Origin: Octopus vulgaris
Lineage: Eukaryota
NCBI GenBank assembly: GCA_951406725.2
Contig: OX597823.1
Span: 48,732,001 to 48,796,000 of the forward strand
Reading direction: 5' to 3'
Length of the DNA stretch: 64,000 nt
The notes below the pieces were generated by a model that ran no database searches, had not been told where the DNA came from, and saw only the letters and a list, made by a program, of their open reading frames with translations. This document shows positions 13,191 to 26,002 of this stretch, in pieces. Position numbers and translations under genes: made by a program. The stretch's first letter is position 1; each line of letters starts with the position of its first letter.

Positions 13191-13400
13191 TTAAAAACTA
13201 AATGTATATGAAACTGATTTACGATGCCAAATCATAAGCAGATATCAATAATAAATGTTGAATGTGGGAAAATTCATAATTACTCGTAATTATTTTCTAC
13301 ATAAACACAAACAACATTGTTCAGAGTTAATTCAAAACCTGCTTTAATGCTCCACTTTGTTAGCAACAGAAGCAAACATCATTGAGTTTGTCACGTAGAT

Positions 13401-13692
13401 CAGTGCTACTCAAAGTGGTAGTCTGCAGGCTGGTGCCTGTTTGCATGCCATCAGCTGCTTGTATGCAGTGAGTTTCCAGAAGAGAAAGAAACATTATAAA
13501 ATGCTTATGTAATATTGCATTATTTGTTTACTAAATAAATATAAGATAAAAAAAATTGTCAACTTTTATTATATTCATTATATATATTGTTTCCTGTATA
13601 AATTCCTATTACTAAGAAATATTACCAGCCCCTGGCACATTGGAGAAATAAAAACTGCTGGTATGCCACATCAGATAGTTTAAGAAGCACTG
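13401..13692. mobile_element. hAT (Charlie/MER5-like) MITE
   Basis: Termini CAGTGCTACTCAAAGT and AGTTTAAGAAGCACTG; interrupts the Gypsy RT; 8-bp TSD decayed. Confidence 0.75.
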
Positions 13693-13764
13693 ATGTAAGT
13701 CATGATAGTTAACGGCATAGTGGAAGCAATTGAGAATATATTTGGTTTTGTTGGTTACTTTTAA

Positions 13765-14340
13765 GGCATGACCTAACTTTTCGTCTAACGTCACTTCGTC
13801 CACATCTTTTTGTCCTATGATTTTTTTGTCCAATTTTAAATAAACTCCTCAGAAAGCAAGGTGAACATGAAAATCAAATAAACATTGTGAATTTTATTGA
13901 TAGGATTGAAGTAAAATACTATGGAAAGATGTATTTTAAAAAAGTAATAAGATATAACTAATGATTTATTATGATCACTTAAAATTGATGTAAATTATAT
14001 GCCACACACTTCAAAAAAATCAATTTTTCTTGTTGACCCATATTTAACGAACAATCTTTTGAGGTGTTCAGTTATTCTTCGCTATCATGTACGTGAATTT
14101 GATGGATCTCCTTGAAGAATTTGAGTCATTCTACCTTGAATGAACTCTTCCTCTTCCTTCAGAGTTTTGATTAATTTCCAAATATTCAAATGTGCTCCAC
14201 CTGCTGAATGCTTTATCGCAGAATGAAACCCTTCCGCAGCATTATTGTTCTGGGAGGATCATGAAGAATATGCTGATTAACATTCCATAAAGCTATTGGG
14301 AATGTACGCTACACCATTAAATGAAAGTGCTTTTTCGACA
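13765..14340 (-). pseudogene. Mutator-like (MULE) transposon remnant with transposase C-terminal fragment
   Basis: Minus strand FPIALWNVN...(R)TNNAAEGFHSAIK...HLNIWKLIKTLKEEE matches the MULE RTNN.xEG(W/F)H motif; terminal 15-bp periodic TT(C/T)GTC repeats at 13775-13835. Confidence 0.8.
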
Positions 14341-15067
14341 TCTTCTGTGTTGTAGCTTCCCATGAGCATAAAAGATTATGTCCTATCAATTGGCATTGAT
14401 CATCATCTGGACATACAATCATCTCCAAATCACTTGGAGATGATTGTATTTTACTATTTCATTCATCAACTCAACCAGTCACCACTACAGATCAGCTGAC
14501 AACCAACAGACCACGACACTATCATTAAACTGGAATACTAGTTTTTAAGGACATATTTTTGTTTCTTTGACCAAAAGAATTACAAATGAATTGCAGGATT
14601 TTTAAGGCCGTGATACAGGCATTACTGTTGCTTTAGAAGTTTCAACAGGAGATTATAAATATGCATATACTGGCTTTATTTTGTATGCAAGCACAAAACA
14701 AACTAATGGTAACACCACGATCATGGTAGATATAGTGCAGAGTAATAAAAGTAGATCATAATATAAAACTAAATTCATTCTGCAATATGGTTATATATTA
14801 TTGTAATTTTACCTATTTACTCAACTGCAGCATATATGGCTTCTTGTCTTCAGTTAATTTTGACTGTAAACATAAAGATTTTTCTACAGATTTGGTTTCT
14901 CATTTTTCGAGTTAGTTACCTGTCTGAGATTGTATCATTCATCACAGAAAATACGCATGGCCACACATACATATGTATGCATGCATGCATGCATCTATGT
15001 ATGTATGTATGTATGTATGTATGTATATATATATATATATATATGTGTGTGTATATATATATATATA

Positions 15068-15302
15068 TATGATTGCTATTATGCAAAAGTGTCATAAATC
15101 CAAAATGTTGCTTTTCCAAAAAATGAAAAAATAGTTTCTCTATTCCATAGCAAAACGTTGTACTACACTTTGACAATTTTTGATATCTTGATATCTGAAG
15201 CAGCTTGAGATATGATAGTTTGACCAAAAGAACCGGCTATTGCAAGAAAAATAAAAATTGAAAAAAATGCATTGGCCAAATTCGGACATAATAGCAACGA
15301 TA
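15068..15302. mobile_element. Small TIR element (MITE) inside (TA)n
   Basis: Ends atgattgctattatg and cataatagcaacgat are inverted. Confidence 0.55.
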
Positions 15303-15306
15303 TATA

Positions 15307-15362
<56 letters not shown>

Positions 15363-15709
15363 CATACATATATCTTATATATATATATATATATCTTATA
15401 TATAAATTGAAATTTCTGTCTGTCTGTTACCATCTTACTGCCCAAACCAGGGAACCAATCTTCACCAAACTTTTTATGCATGTTGAACTAACATCTAGTT
15501 CAATTATAAGCCAATTGGATTTAAATATAAATCGATAATGATTGATTACGGGGGTTGGGCTATTACATGATAAAATGAGAGGGGTGCAAAAGTGTTAGGT
15601 TCAGGGAAATGTAGCATAATGAGGGCAGCTGATATCAGGAAAGAGGAGATAGGAAGAGATAGACATACAGGGAATGTGAGAGACAGAGAGAACGACAGAC
15701 AAGGAACTC

Positions 15710-15752
<43 letters not shown>

Positions 15753-15784
15753 GTTTGTATGTGTGTGCATGTGTGTATCTTCCT

Positions 15785-16719
15785 TATGCATTCGAAAATT
15801 GAGTTGCCGATTTTCATGTATGGGGTATCAAAAGATTCTGTAATATTATGACTACCAAATAAACTTTACTTTCATTGACATATTTGCATTACACATATCT
15901 TATATTATAATCTTTTCTATAGGCCAACTTTTGTAAACTTTTTATACCACCACGACAACGACGACGACGTCACATTTTCTATATGAGTGTGTACCTTAAA
16001 AGGTATCCATTTCTCTTTTATGAGGAAACACAGTTACTCTCTCTCTTATATGCACAAGAACACACATATACAAAAAAAGATGTATGCATATGTATTTATG
16101 TATGCGTATATGAATGATGTGCATGTGTGTGAGAGAGAGAGAGAGACCAAGTGAGTGCCACTTACACATACATAACAACATATATCTTCACTCATTCGCT
16201 CTATTTCCTTCACTCTCACATACGTGCATGTGCACACACACACACACACACGTTCATTTCATATACACATACATACATCTTTCATTTTCTCCTCTTTCAC
16301 TTTCTGCTCTCACTTCAAAGTAAATGTCATGGTTGCATTTTCTCTTCTCTTTCAATTTCTGATCTCTTCAAAATATAAAGAAATAAAAATTCTTAACAGA
16401 ATTTAATGAATACATTCGAAAACTGAGTAGCTGATTTTGATGTATTGGAGTATCAAAAGATTCAGTAATCTTTCGGCTAAAAAATAAACTTTATTTTCAT
16501 TTATATATTTGCTTTACAAAAATTCAACATTGAAATCTTAAACGCCATTTTATACCATGACAACAACCACATCACATTTTCTATATGAGTATGTGTCTTA
16601 AAAGACATCAATTTTTCTATGAGGAAATACAGTCACTCACTTTTTATCTGACATGCACACACGCACATGCATACAAAAAATTTTATGCATATGTATTTAT
16701 GTACGTGTGTATAAGATAA

Positions 16720-16757
<38 letters not shown>

Positions 16758-17030
16758 TGAGTGCCACTTACACATACCTGCAGAAAATATATACATGACA
16801 ACACACATCTTCACTCTCTCTCTCTCACACACATACACGTGCACATGCACACACACACACACGTACACATGCACACACACATACACACACACACATCCAC
16901 ATCCATTTCATATATACGTACATACATCTTTCACTTTCTGCTCCCACTTCAAAGCAAATGTCGCCTTTTCACTTTCTCCTCTCTTTCAATTTCTGTTCTC
17001 TTCAAAGCATAAAGAAAGAGAAAAAAAGAT
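15785..17030. repeat. Diverged tandem duplication, period ~620 bp
   Basis: cattcgaaaa(t/c)tgagt..gattt..tgta..gagtatcaaaagattc at ~15790 and ~16413, colinear through to ttcaatttctg.tctcttcaaa. Confidence 0.9.
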
Positions 17031-17648
17031 TATGAAGATTAACAAACAATAATATGATCCCATTTGATCGACTACATGATCAAGTTGACAACTTACCTGC
17101 TTCAAACGAAAGAATGTCATAAAATAACTTCATTTGACACACACACTCACACACACAATCTATCATAGGAAAAGGAAAGATCCAAGGAAGGGAAGACGGA
17201 GGGAAAAAAATCGTCAACGATACACACGCGGTCACGCACACACACATATAGGTGGGGAGTTCCGTACTTAGTAGTTTTTAAGATACTTTTGGATTTGAGA
17301 AGAAATATATTTTTTACAAACGTTCTCAACCTTACAAAAACTAATATCAGCTAAGAAAATAACCTTTTCTAAACACATTAAAACCACAATATGATCTGAA
17401 CACTATTTCAGAAAAATTTGACTATATAAAAGATAAATTTAGCTGGGATAAAATGAGTAAGCTAAGATAAGGTAAATTTGTCTCTTCAGCTCTCTAGATA
17501 TACATTTGTAAATAAACTCACACACACACCGATATCCATCACCAGACATAAGAAAGATCAGAAATGTAACAACTTTAAATATCGAGGTCAAATGAAAGAC
17601 GAGCATGGAAAAATGGCACATGATATGAAATTTACAAAACTCTACCAT

Positions 17649-19379
17649 AGTAATCCCTCGCCATATCGCGGTTTATTATTTAAGCTTACGTCAATTCCCT
17701 CGTGGTGTTGCTTTGCCTTTATAATAAAACTAGCAGAATTGCCCGGCGATGCTCGGGCTGAATTGCTTGAAAGTACTGTTAATGATTGCACTGAATTATG
17801 ATGATTATTCAGGCAAATATTGATATAAGTTTACGGCGAATGAATGTATTTGTAAGTGTAGAGAAAGCCGTGTTAAGGGGTTCCTACCCCCTCGTAGAAT
17901 GGTGTAAGAATTGAATGCGAGGTTGCCTTGAAAGGAGCCATGTTATTGTTCTCATAATTGTAAGAATTTGATAGTCGTGGAAGGCGGTGTAAAACGTTCG
18001 CAGGTGAATAGGGTCTCTTCGTTTTCCACGAACGGCAGCGGATGTGCTGTTACAAAACTTCATGCTGTGTCAAAAGAGAATGGATGCCCTATGTAGGCAA
18101 GAGGGGGATGACATGGGTAAGTAAATATGGGTAATTTATAAAATATAGAACATGCATGTATATATATGTATGTATGCCTGTATATATGTACAAAATCCAC
18201 TGAGAAGGCTTTTGTTGGTCTGAAGCTACAGCAGAAGACACATGCCAAGTCACCACACAGTGGGACTTAACCCAGGACCATGTGTTTGGAACGTAGTTTG
18301 TTACCGCACAGTCACACCTGCCCCTATGTATGTGTGTGTGTGCGTATGTGTGCATGGGTAAATATATTATGCATGTATATATGTGTATATATATATGTGT
18401 ACATATTACATGTACATCTATATATATACATCTACACAAAAAATACAAAATACAAAGTTATATCTTGATATCGCTAGTGATAACAATACTCAAAATATAT
18501 AACAGACTGGAATTGTAGGCCCGTCTCTTGCAATTTCGATCAATTGGATCTTGTCCTCTCTCTTGTATAGAAGTGTACGGCTGCAGCGAAATTCATTTTT
18601 GGACTTTCTTCTATCGAAGGCATTTTAACAAAAATGCTTCCGCAAAGACGGTGAAAATATTGTCAATTTCCCCAAACAGGGACACAATTCAATTTTTAAA
18701 CAATAACCAAAGCCCCTTCTCCGAAAGAGGGAGGGTTACGGTTTACAATTATTTAACAAATGCAACACAACAACGTTTCCCTTACGAGGAACCAACAAAC
18801 GTGATTACAATAGTCAAACAGTAATAATAATAACAACAAACCTTTTTAATTTATCCCCATTTAGGTGAAACCACTTATTCAAGTTCAAGTCATTGATGCA
18901 ATTTTATACGAATTGCTAATACACACACACATAATAAGGGTGAAAAATTGAATATTAATTTGATTAATACGAATTGAAAACCTGTGATATAGCATATAAG
19001 ACCATAGCGGTGGTAATGGAAGGAGTGAAGCACTTGAAATGAGAGAGGGAAATCGTAAAATATTGAGTTTTCTCGGAATTTTGCTTAATTGGGGGTGAAA
19101 TTGAAAAAACTTTACATGCCATGACCCAATGGAATCTACTTCGAAAAATCATAGGTAAATTCCAATTGAAGAAATTCTATATTGTACAATTGTATAAAAA
19201 ACGAACGATTTGGAGGCAGAGAAAATCTGCCTTTTATCATAAGAGATGAATGTATACAAATTACAAAAATAATTTTTAGAATATACATAGAGTACATTAC
19301 TGTTTCTACTTCGCAGATTTTCACCTATTGCGGAGGGTGGGGTTGGAACGTAACACCCGCGATAGTCGAGAGATTACGG
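17649..19379. mobile_element. Tigger/pogo-type MITE hosting a Helitron
   Basis: Left end tagtaatccctcgccatatcgcgg; right end cccgcgatagtcgagagattacgg (CAGTAATCCCTCG-type TIR). Confidence 0.7.
17730..19246 (-). mobile_element. Non-autonomous Helitron
   Basis: Minus strand starts a|TCTCTTATGATAAAAGG at 19246 and ends with GC hairpin gcccgagca-tc-gccgggc followed by CTAG|t at 17730; A|T target and no TSD. Confidence 0.8.
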
Positions 19380-21017
19380 TCAATCCCCCAAAAAATCAAC
19401 ATAAAATATTCTTTTTAGCTTCTTCACAATCTGCTGGAGTGGTTCTCTTCCCGAAATATTTACGCACCATGCAGTTACAGAGAAAAAACTTTTGAAATTA
19501 GTAATGACTCTCTTTACCCCATCTTAGACATCATTTTTTGAAAATTGAAAATTATCAAATTAATCATTACTGTGGGGACAAATTGACTTGGAATCCAACA
19601 GAAAAAAAGAATATTGATTGTTAAGCACCAAAAATTATCCTAATATTTTATTAGCAACCTCAATTACAATCGCGTCAAAGTTGAAGACAAATTTCTTGAA
19701 AAAAGAAGCACCTGTCATTCGACTATGTCCCAAACTCTTTAAACCTCAACAACAACGAATATGCTGACCAATTTTATTCCTAGAGATGATGCAACAGCGC
19801 AAATAAATATGCAATACTTGCAATCTAATGATTTCAAACAGTAGGGAGACAGTAACAGGAAACCAGAAATTACTCATCTTACCCCGGTTACTAATTTTGC
19901 TCCTACCCGTATATATGCATGTACGTATACATATGTGCGCGCGTACACATTTACATGAGTATGTGCGCGTACATGTATGTGTATGTGTTATTGCTGTACA
20001 TTGATCATTATTAGTTGGTCTCTTCATCGTTTTTTTTTTTTTTTTTTACATTCTGCATTCAAATTCCGTCGGGGTTGATGAATTAAGTTAAGCACTGGGT
20101 TCATATAATCGACTTACCTCTCCCCACAAATTTCAAGCTTTGTGCCTATAATAGAAAGAATTATTTGTTGGTTTCCTGACTGCTTTCATTTTAGGATTCC
20201 TAAAATATTTGGACGGTAGGGTGGAATTTTTTGTCTTTGAATTCTGTTTTCATTGTTAATTCAATACGCAACATACTTTTCGAATAAAAGTGTTGATAAA
20301 TCTTCAGCGACGAATTAACGATGCTAATAAAGAGTATGACAATGAGTTTACTGATGGTGTTTTAACTCGCGATGAAATTACAAGTGATGAAATTACAGGC
20401 GACATATTTAGCAAGATTAATTTACCGAATTAACAGCGAAGCTATAGACACAGCCGTTCTATCGTAATATGAATAAGCAAGTCTGTAAGTTACTGTAAGC
20501 AAAAACTACCCCCAAACAAATTAGGACACCCAATCTAATGCAGCATATAATCTTTCACTTTAGTGAACAATCAACAAATAAAATTTTAACAGAGCCAAAT
20601 CGACAAAAGGTTCCCTTATATAGCACAGAGAAATGTCTTGAAATTGGCGAAGCCTTTAAGTGCACCTAGCAGTGAGAGAGACAGCGGTGGGGTGGGGTGG
20701 GGAGAGGATTTCGCTGCGGGTGTACCAACCGAAATAACAGGGGAGTCAACGTTTTGGTGGTGGTCTCTAGTGCCAAGATCAAATCCTATGACACGAGGTT
20801 CGTTAACTTTAAGAGAGCGAGCTGGATAGAGGTGGTGATGGGATTAGAATTCGTCTCTCTAATTCAAAAGTTATAAAAATCGATGCGTGTAGAAAGCCGA
20901 AGTGATTACTGCTTTTATCTTTCAATCGATTGAGATGCGCGAAAGAAAGGAACGGAAAGGGTGAGCAATATATGGGATGGCGGAAGGGAGCAGGGCAGAG
21001 GAAATTACGATGAAACA

Positions 21018-21033
21018 AGATAGATAGACAGAC

Positions 21034-21091
<58 letters not shown>

Positions 21092-21125
21092 GTAGATAGA
21101 TAGATAGATAGACAGACAGATAGAC

Positions 21126-21204
<79 letters not shown>

Positions 21205-21210
21205 CAGACA
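21018..21210. repeat. (GATA/GACA)n microsatellite
   Basis: Direct reading, ~48 units. Confidence 0.98.
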
Positions 21211-21759
21211 GGCAAGAGAGATAGACTGTCAAGAGAAAAACATGGAATAAGAATGGAAGAGGATGGGGGATAAACTCTAGCGAAAAGTATAGGGTAGAGG
21301 AAATTAAGATTAAGGTAAGACGTGAGGTTGGGAGATGTTATTGCAGGAGCGAGGTTTGTCAAATAGTGAAACATGTGAGTTGATGAGAGTGTATGGGAAG
21401 ATGAGAAGGTAAGAAGAAGCGAAACAAGGAGAAGGATAATGGTTTATAAGATGGATACGGAAGCGGGGTGGGTAGGGTAAAATGGGGGGAAAGAAACTAT
21501 GTCAGTAATGTAAGCTCCCGCTAAAAATAATTTTCTTATTTACTGTTGAAAGTTATTCATGTTCCTTAAGCATTGAATCACGCACGGTTTGTTTCTTATG
21601 TACACAAATAAGTATGAGTTTTTTTCTGTTACATGTATGTGAGTATCTCGTTCTCTCTCTTTCGCTGTGTGTGCGTGTATGTGTGTGTGCGCGCGTGCGT
21701 GCGTTGTGCCCTGTCCTTTCGTTTTAAAGCATCAGCTACGCAATACTACAAAACTATAT

Positions 21760-22813
21760 ATGGCATGGTTGTGTGGTAAAAAAGTTTGCTTCCCAACTAC
21801 CATGGTTCCGGGTTCAGTCCCACTCTGAGACACCTTGGGCAAATATCCTTTACAATAAACCTCGAGGTGACCGAAGCCTTGTGAATGAACTTAGAGAAGG
21901 AAACTGAAAGAAGCTTGTATATATGTATATATATATGTGGGTGTTAGTGTATTTGGCTTTGTGTTCATGTTTGTCATCCACCACCGCTTAACAATCGGTG
22001 TTAGTGTGTTTACATCTTCGTAACTTAGCGGTTCGGCAAAAGTGACCGAAGGAATAAATATTGAAGCTTAAAAAAGAAGGCGATACCCCAGCATGGTCAC
22101 AGTTTAATGATAGAAACAAATAAAAAATAAAAGATGTGTCTGCGTGTGTCGCTTGAGAACCAGTGTTGGTGTGTTTACGTTTTCCCCTCTGTAGCAAGAC
22201 ATCTATGCTTCTTCCCTCTGACACAGAGCTATCTCCACCCCTCGAATACTCACCCTTTCTTAAAAGTAGGAACATTTTCCTTTTCCCTTGTCTTTGCTTA
22301 AAAGAAGTACAAGAGTCAATTCATTCAACTAAAAAAATCTTCCAAGCAGTGCCCCAGCATGACCGCAGTCTAATAACTGAAACAAATGAAAATTACAAGA
22401 TATATATATATCATTTATCTTTTATCTGTTTCAGTCACTAGACTGTGGCCAGCTGGGGCACTGCCTTGAATTTTTAGGCAAAAGAATCGGCTCCAGTACT
22501 TATTGCTTAAGCCTGGTACTTATTCTATCAGTCTCTTTAGCTGAACTGCTAGGTTACGGGGTTGTCAAGCAGTGGCGGGGAGACAAACAGAGACACAAAG
22601 ACACACACACACACACACATGTATACTACACACACATATATACATATTTATACAACAGGCTGCTTTCAGTTTCCATCTACCAAATCTGCTGGCAAGACTT
22701 TGGTGACCCCGAGACTATAGTAGAAGACACTTTCCCAAAGTAACATGCAGTGGGACTGAACCCGGAACCATGTGGCTGGGAAGCAAGCTTCTTATCACAC
22801 AACCACGCATGCC
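21760..22813. mobile_element. Cluster of family A SINEs (+ at 21760-22400, - at 22420-22813)
   Basis: A box tggttgtgtggt, B box ggttcagtccc, ccttgggcaa core, family tail; tail-to-tail arrangement. Confidence 0.85.
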
Positions 22814-24067
22814 TATGTGTGTGCATATGTTGAATAGCATCCTAGATTCTAAGCCAGGATTAAAAACCAAATCTATATTTTTCTACAAGTTCTTTCCTAT
22901 TGTTGCGACTTTTGCACTTAGAAATTTGAGTGTCAACTGTCACATATACATTCCCCCACCTCATTTCCTCCAACCCTCTGTATCTTGTCTCCTTTGCTCA
23001 CCTCTCTTGTACCCTGAGAGTTTGCTCCTGCTCTGCATCACTACCATCTCTATTCTGTCCCAGATACTCTTGCTCACCGATATATAATATGTGGAAGCCA
23101 ATGTTATCCCCTCTGTAGCAAGATATCTATGCTTGTTCCCTCTGACACAGAGCTATCTCCGCCCCTCGAATATTCACCCTTTTTTAAAAGCAAGAACATT
23201 TTCCTTTTTCCTTGTATTTTTTTTCAGTCTTGTAAATTACATGACAACTTCATTACTTCTCTCAAAATTGCCATCTTGTTTTTCACATGTCCAGTTGTGC
23301 AAGTCAAACTATGTCTAAGACAAAGAAACCTAGCTGTGTCTTGCAATAACTACATCTAAAGCAAAAATTTTTTCAGGGACCCTTAAAATACTATTATGGA
23401 CCCAATTTACCATTTTGCTTCTGTGAACTCTGCAAAAATCCTATATGGACCCCATTTGAGAACCTCTGGTTTAGAGTTAAGAAGGGTATCCAGCTGTATA
23501 GAACCATGTCAAAACTGTTGCAGCCCTGGTCAAACTATGTAACCCATGCCAGCATGGACAATGGATGTTAAATGATGATGATAAAGGGAGGTAACCCTGA
23601 TAATATCAGCTCATCCGAGTTTTTGGAAAATAAAGACAAATTTTCTAACCCTTGCCATTTAGATAGAACATGTTTCACTGATGAGACCTAACAAGATTGA
23701 AACATGTCTATAGTTTATATTATATAACTTTGAAGACAAGATCCACTCCTAATCATATTACCTTTACATATTTACCTAGAAATCTGATTGAGCTGACACT
23801 AATGAAGCTATTTGTAATTGCTTTTTGTTTTTATATTTTAAAAACTTACTAGATGGAGTTGTTTATCAATTTACAGGATGGATTGGTTTGTAGAGTCACC
23901 ATCTGAATTGAGGCGATACATTGATTTTATTGATGTTATTCATAGAAATCTGACAAGCAAATGTTAAACAATTACTTAGTGAAACGAGTAGAAATAAGAT
24001 CATTGTATGTGTGTGCACATGTATGTATACTTGTGTGTATATACATATGTATACATCTATGTATACA

Positions 24068-24109
<42 letters not shown>

Positions 24110-24199
24110 CATTTTTGTGTACATATATGTATGTGTATATGTCCATATCATAATTAAATCACCCAGTCTTTTGGCTTCTAATTTGGCTTGTGTTCAGAT

Positions 24200-25060
24200 A
24201 TTTCCTTGTTCAAGCATCACTGCCATTCAGAACTAATCAAGGCAATATGGCCTTCCAAAATGCATTTAAAGTGGTTTTCTTAATCCCATGAATTCTTACT
24301 GAAATTATCAAAGCAAAACGAAGAGCATTAAATTTTTCCCATATCTCTGCAACAGTCAGCTCATCCAGTAGTTTTTATAAGAATTTTTAGCATAATTTGT
24401 CTTAAAATTACAAATCATGCCTTGATCTGATGGCTGGATGGTATCATTAAAGGTTAAAAGAGAACTTTAAGGTCACAATATTCTGAATCACAGAGATGAG
24501 ATAGAATGTTATCAATTAGTAATAAAAGTTTTGAGTCAATATTGTTTTCTTTTGTGTAAATTTCAGCTTCTGGAACAAAGTTTTGATAAAACCAGTTTTT
24601 TAATATCATTGTAATAGTTATCCATAATTTTTTATTCGCATGCTAATGAACTGGGAGGGTATTTTTTTTATTCAATCTTATCATCATACACAGGTTAAGA
24701 GCACCAGTAATTAATAATGGTTGCATAAAACAGTCACCTAATGCATCACGACATTATAATAATAAAGTGATTTGATCTTTAGCTGCTTTGAATCAGCTAA
24801 CTGTTTCTTCTGTTCTTGATATAAAAGTTCTCTTTGGTATTTTCGAAATAGGCTGATTTTTATTAGCATTAAATATTTGATTTAAAGAATTGGAATCAAC
24901 TTTTTAGTTGGTTTTAGCACAATTTTTTACCTCACTTTTCGTTATCACTTAAACCCACGTTTACCTTGTTATTTGATATTATATAGAAAGCTTGATTTAC
25001 AAATGTTCAAACCTTACTACTCACAAATCCAGGTTGTTATTAATGACACATTTGATTTTC
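24200..25060 (-). pseudogene. Tigger/pogo DDE transposase relic
   Basis: Minus strand ANKK.W...WFYQNFVPE...KLLLLIDN..., IQPSDQGMICNFK, EIWEKFN, TTLNAFWKAILP. Confidence 0.8.
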
Positions 25061-26002
25061 AATACTGATTTGATTAAAAAGTCTTACTATTTTTTTGTTA
25101 TATAGTGGTGTATAGGCAATCATTTGCTTTCTTTTTCTTTATATTCCATCTAAATTAATACAGCTTTTTTCCATTGTTTCCATAATGTAATCAAGTATAA
25201 GTGATGTATGTTTTAGGACTCATAGAAGATCCTGCAATTATACCGGCTGAACTGGCAGAATTATTAGCATGCCAGTTAAAATGTTTAGCAGCATTTCGTC
25301 TGCCTTTACATTGTGAGTTTAAATTCAGCTGAGGTGACAAGGGACCAGAAGATGTGATGATTTGTTGTATTTGATAAGACACATCATGCTAAATAAAACT
25401 GCTGTCTTCCACACATACAGGCTTGTCCTTTCGACACACTCTGTTAAGTGGTTAGTGTTAGGAAAAGCCTCCAGCTGTAGAAACTATGCCTCAACAGACA
25501 ACAAGAATCTGGACAGCTCCCTGTTAGCCAGCTCCATGTCAAACTGAACAACCCATGCCAGCATGGAAAGCAGACGTTAAACGATGATGATGATGATAAC
25601 AATGATGATAATGATGATCTCAGCTTTGCTTTTCTTCCTTTTGGGGTCCATGAAATAAGTACTAGTTGAGCAGTGGGCTTGATGTAATTGGCTAAACCTT
25701 TCCACACAATATTTCAAGACTTGTTCCCATGGCAGAAAGGATTAATATCAAACACTGAGTTCTTTTTTGTTTCTTTAAATTGTCCCGAAAGCTGTTTCCT
25801 TTATATTACATTGTTTTGTAGTTTCTACAAACCTTTTCCATTGATTTGATATTTCATTTTTTTTCTTAAACATTTGAAACTATTCATTCTTGAAAATATT
25901 TGACAAAATATATATATAAAAAAAACAATTTCGCTGCTACTTTAAGGTGTGGTCTACCTTACTATCAGAAGAAATGAAATGAAAAGAAAATGAAACGGTG
26001 AT

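Larger units (their letters stand above)
10930..13765 (-). pseudogene. Fossil Ty3/Gypsy pol (RT thumb, RNase H, integrase), split by two SINEs and a hAT MITE
   Basis: Minus-strand translations in Gypsy order: NKTKYI..FHYAVN (13.7 kb); AGFELT..NFPT..DI..FGIVNQ (13.2-13.35 kb); SRYASLEGDVLTVDEILDNVKYFILGCD and LLKLFGDKSLENTPNNR*RNLKEK (12.4-12.6 kb); GGPKFT..DVHHCLS (11.7 kb); QY.YTPD (11.5 kb); NGSG.ITIRN (10.97 kb). Confidence 0.85.

Noticed and set aside
20922-21374. 150-aa ORF and similar IYLS/YIYI/THTH/CVCV ORFs
   Set aside because: These are translations of microsatellites.
21465-21489. G-quadruplex motif GGGGTGGGTAGGGTAAAATGGGGGG
   Set aside because: A valid motif but isolated in purine-rich low-complexity sequence with no supporting context.
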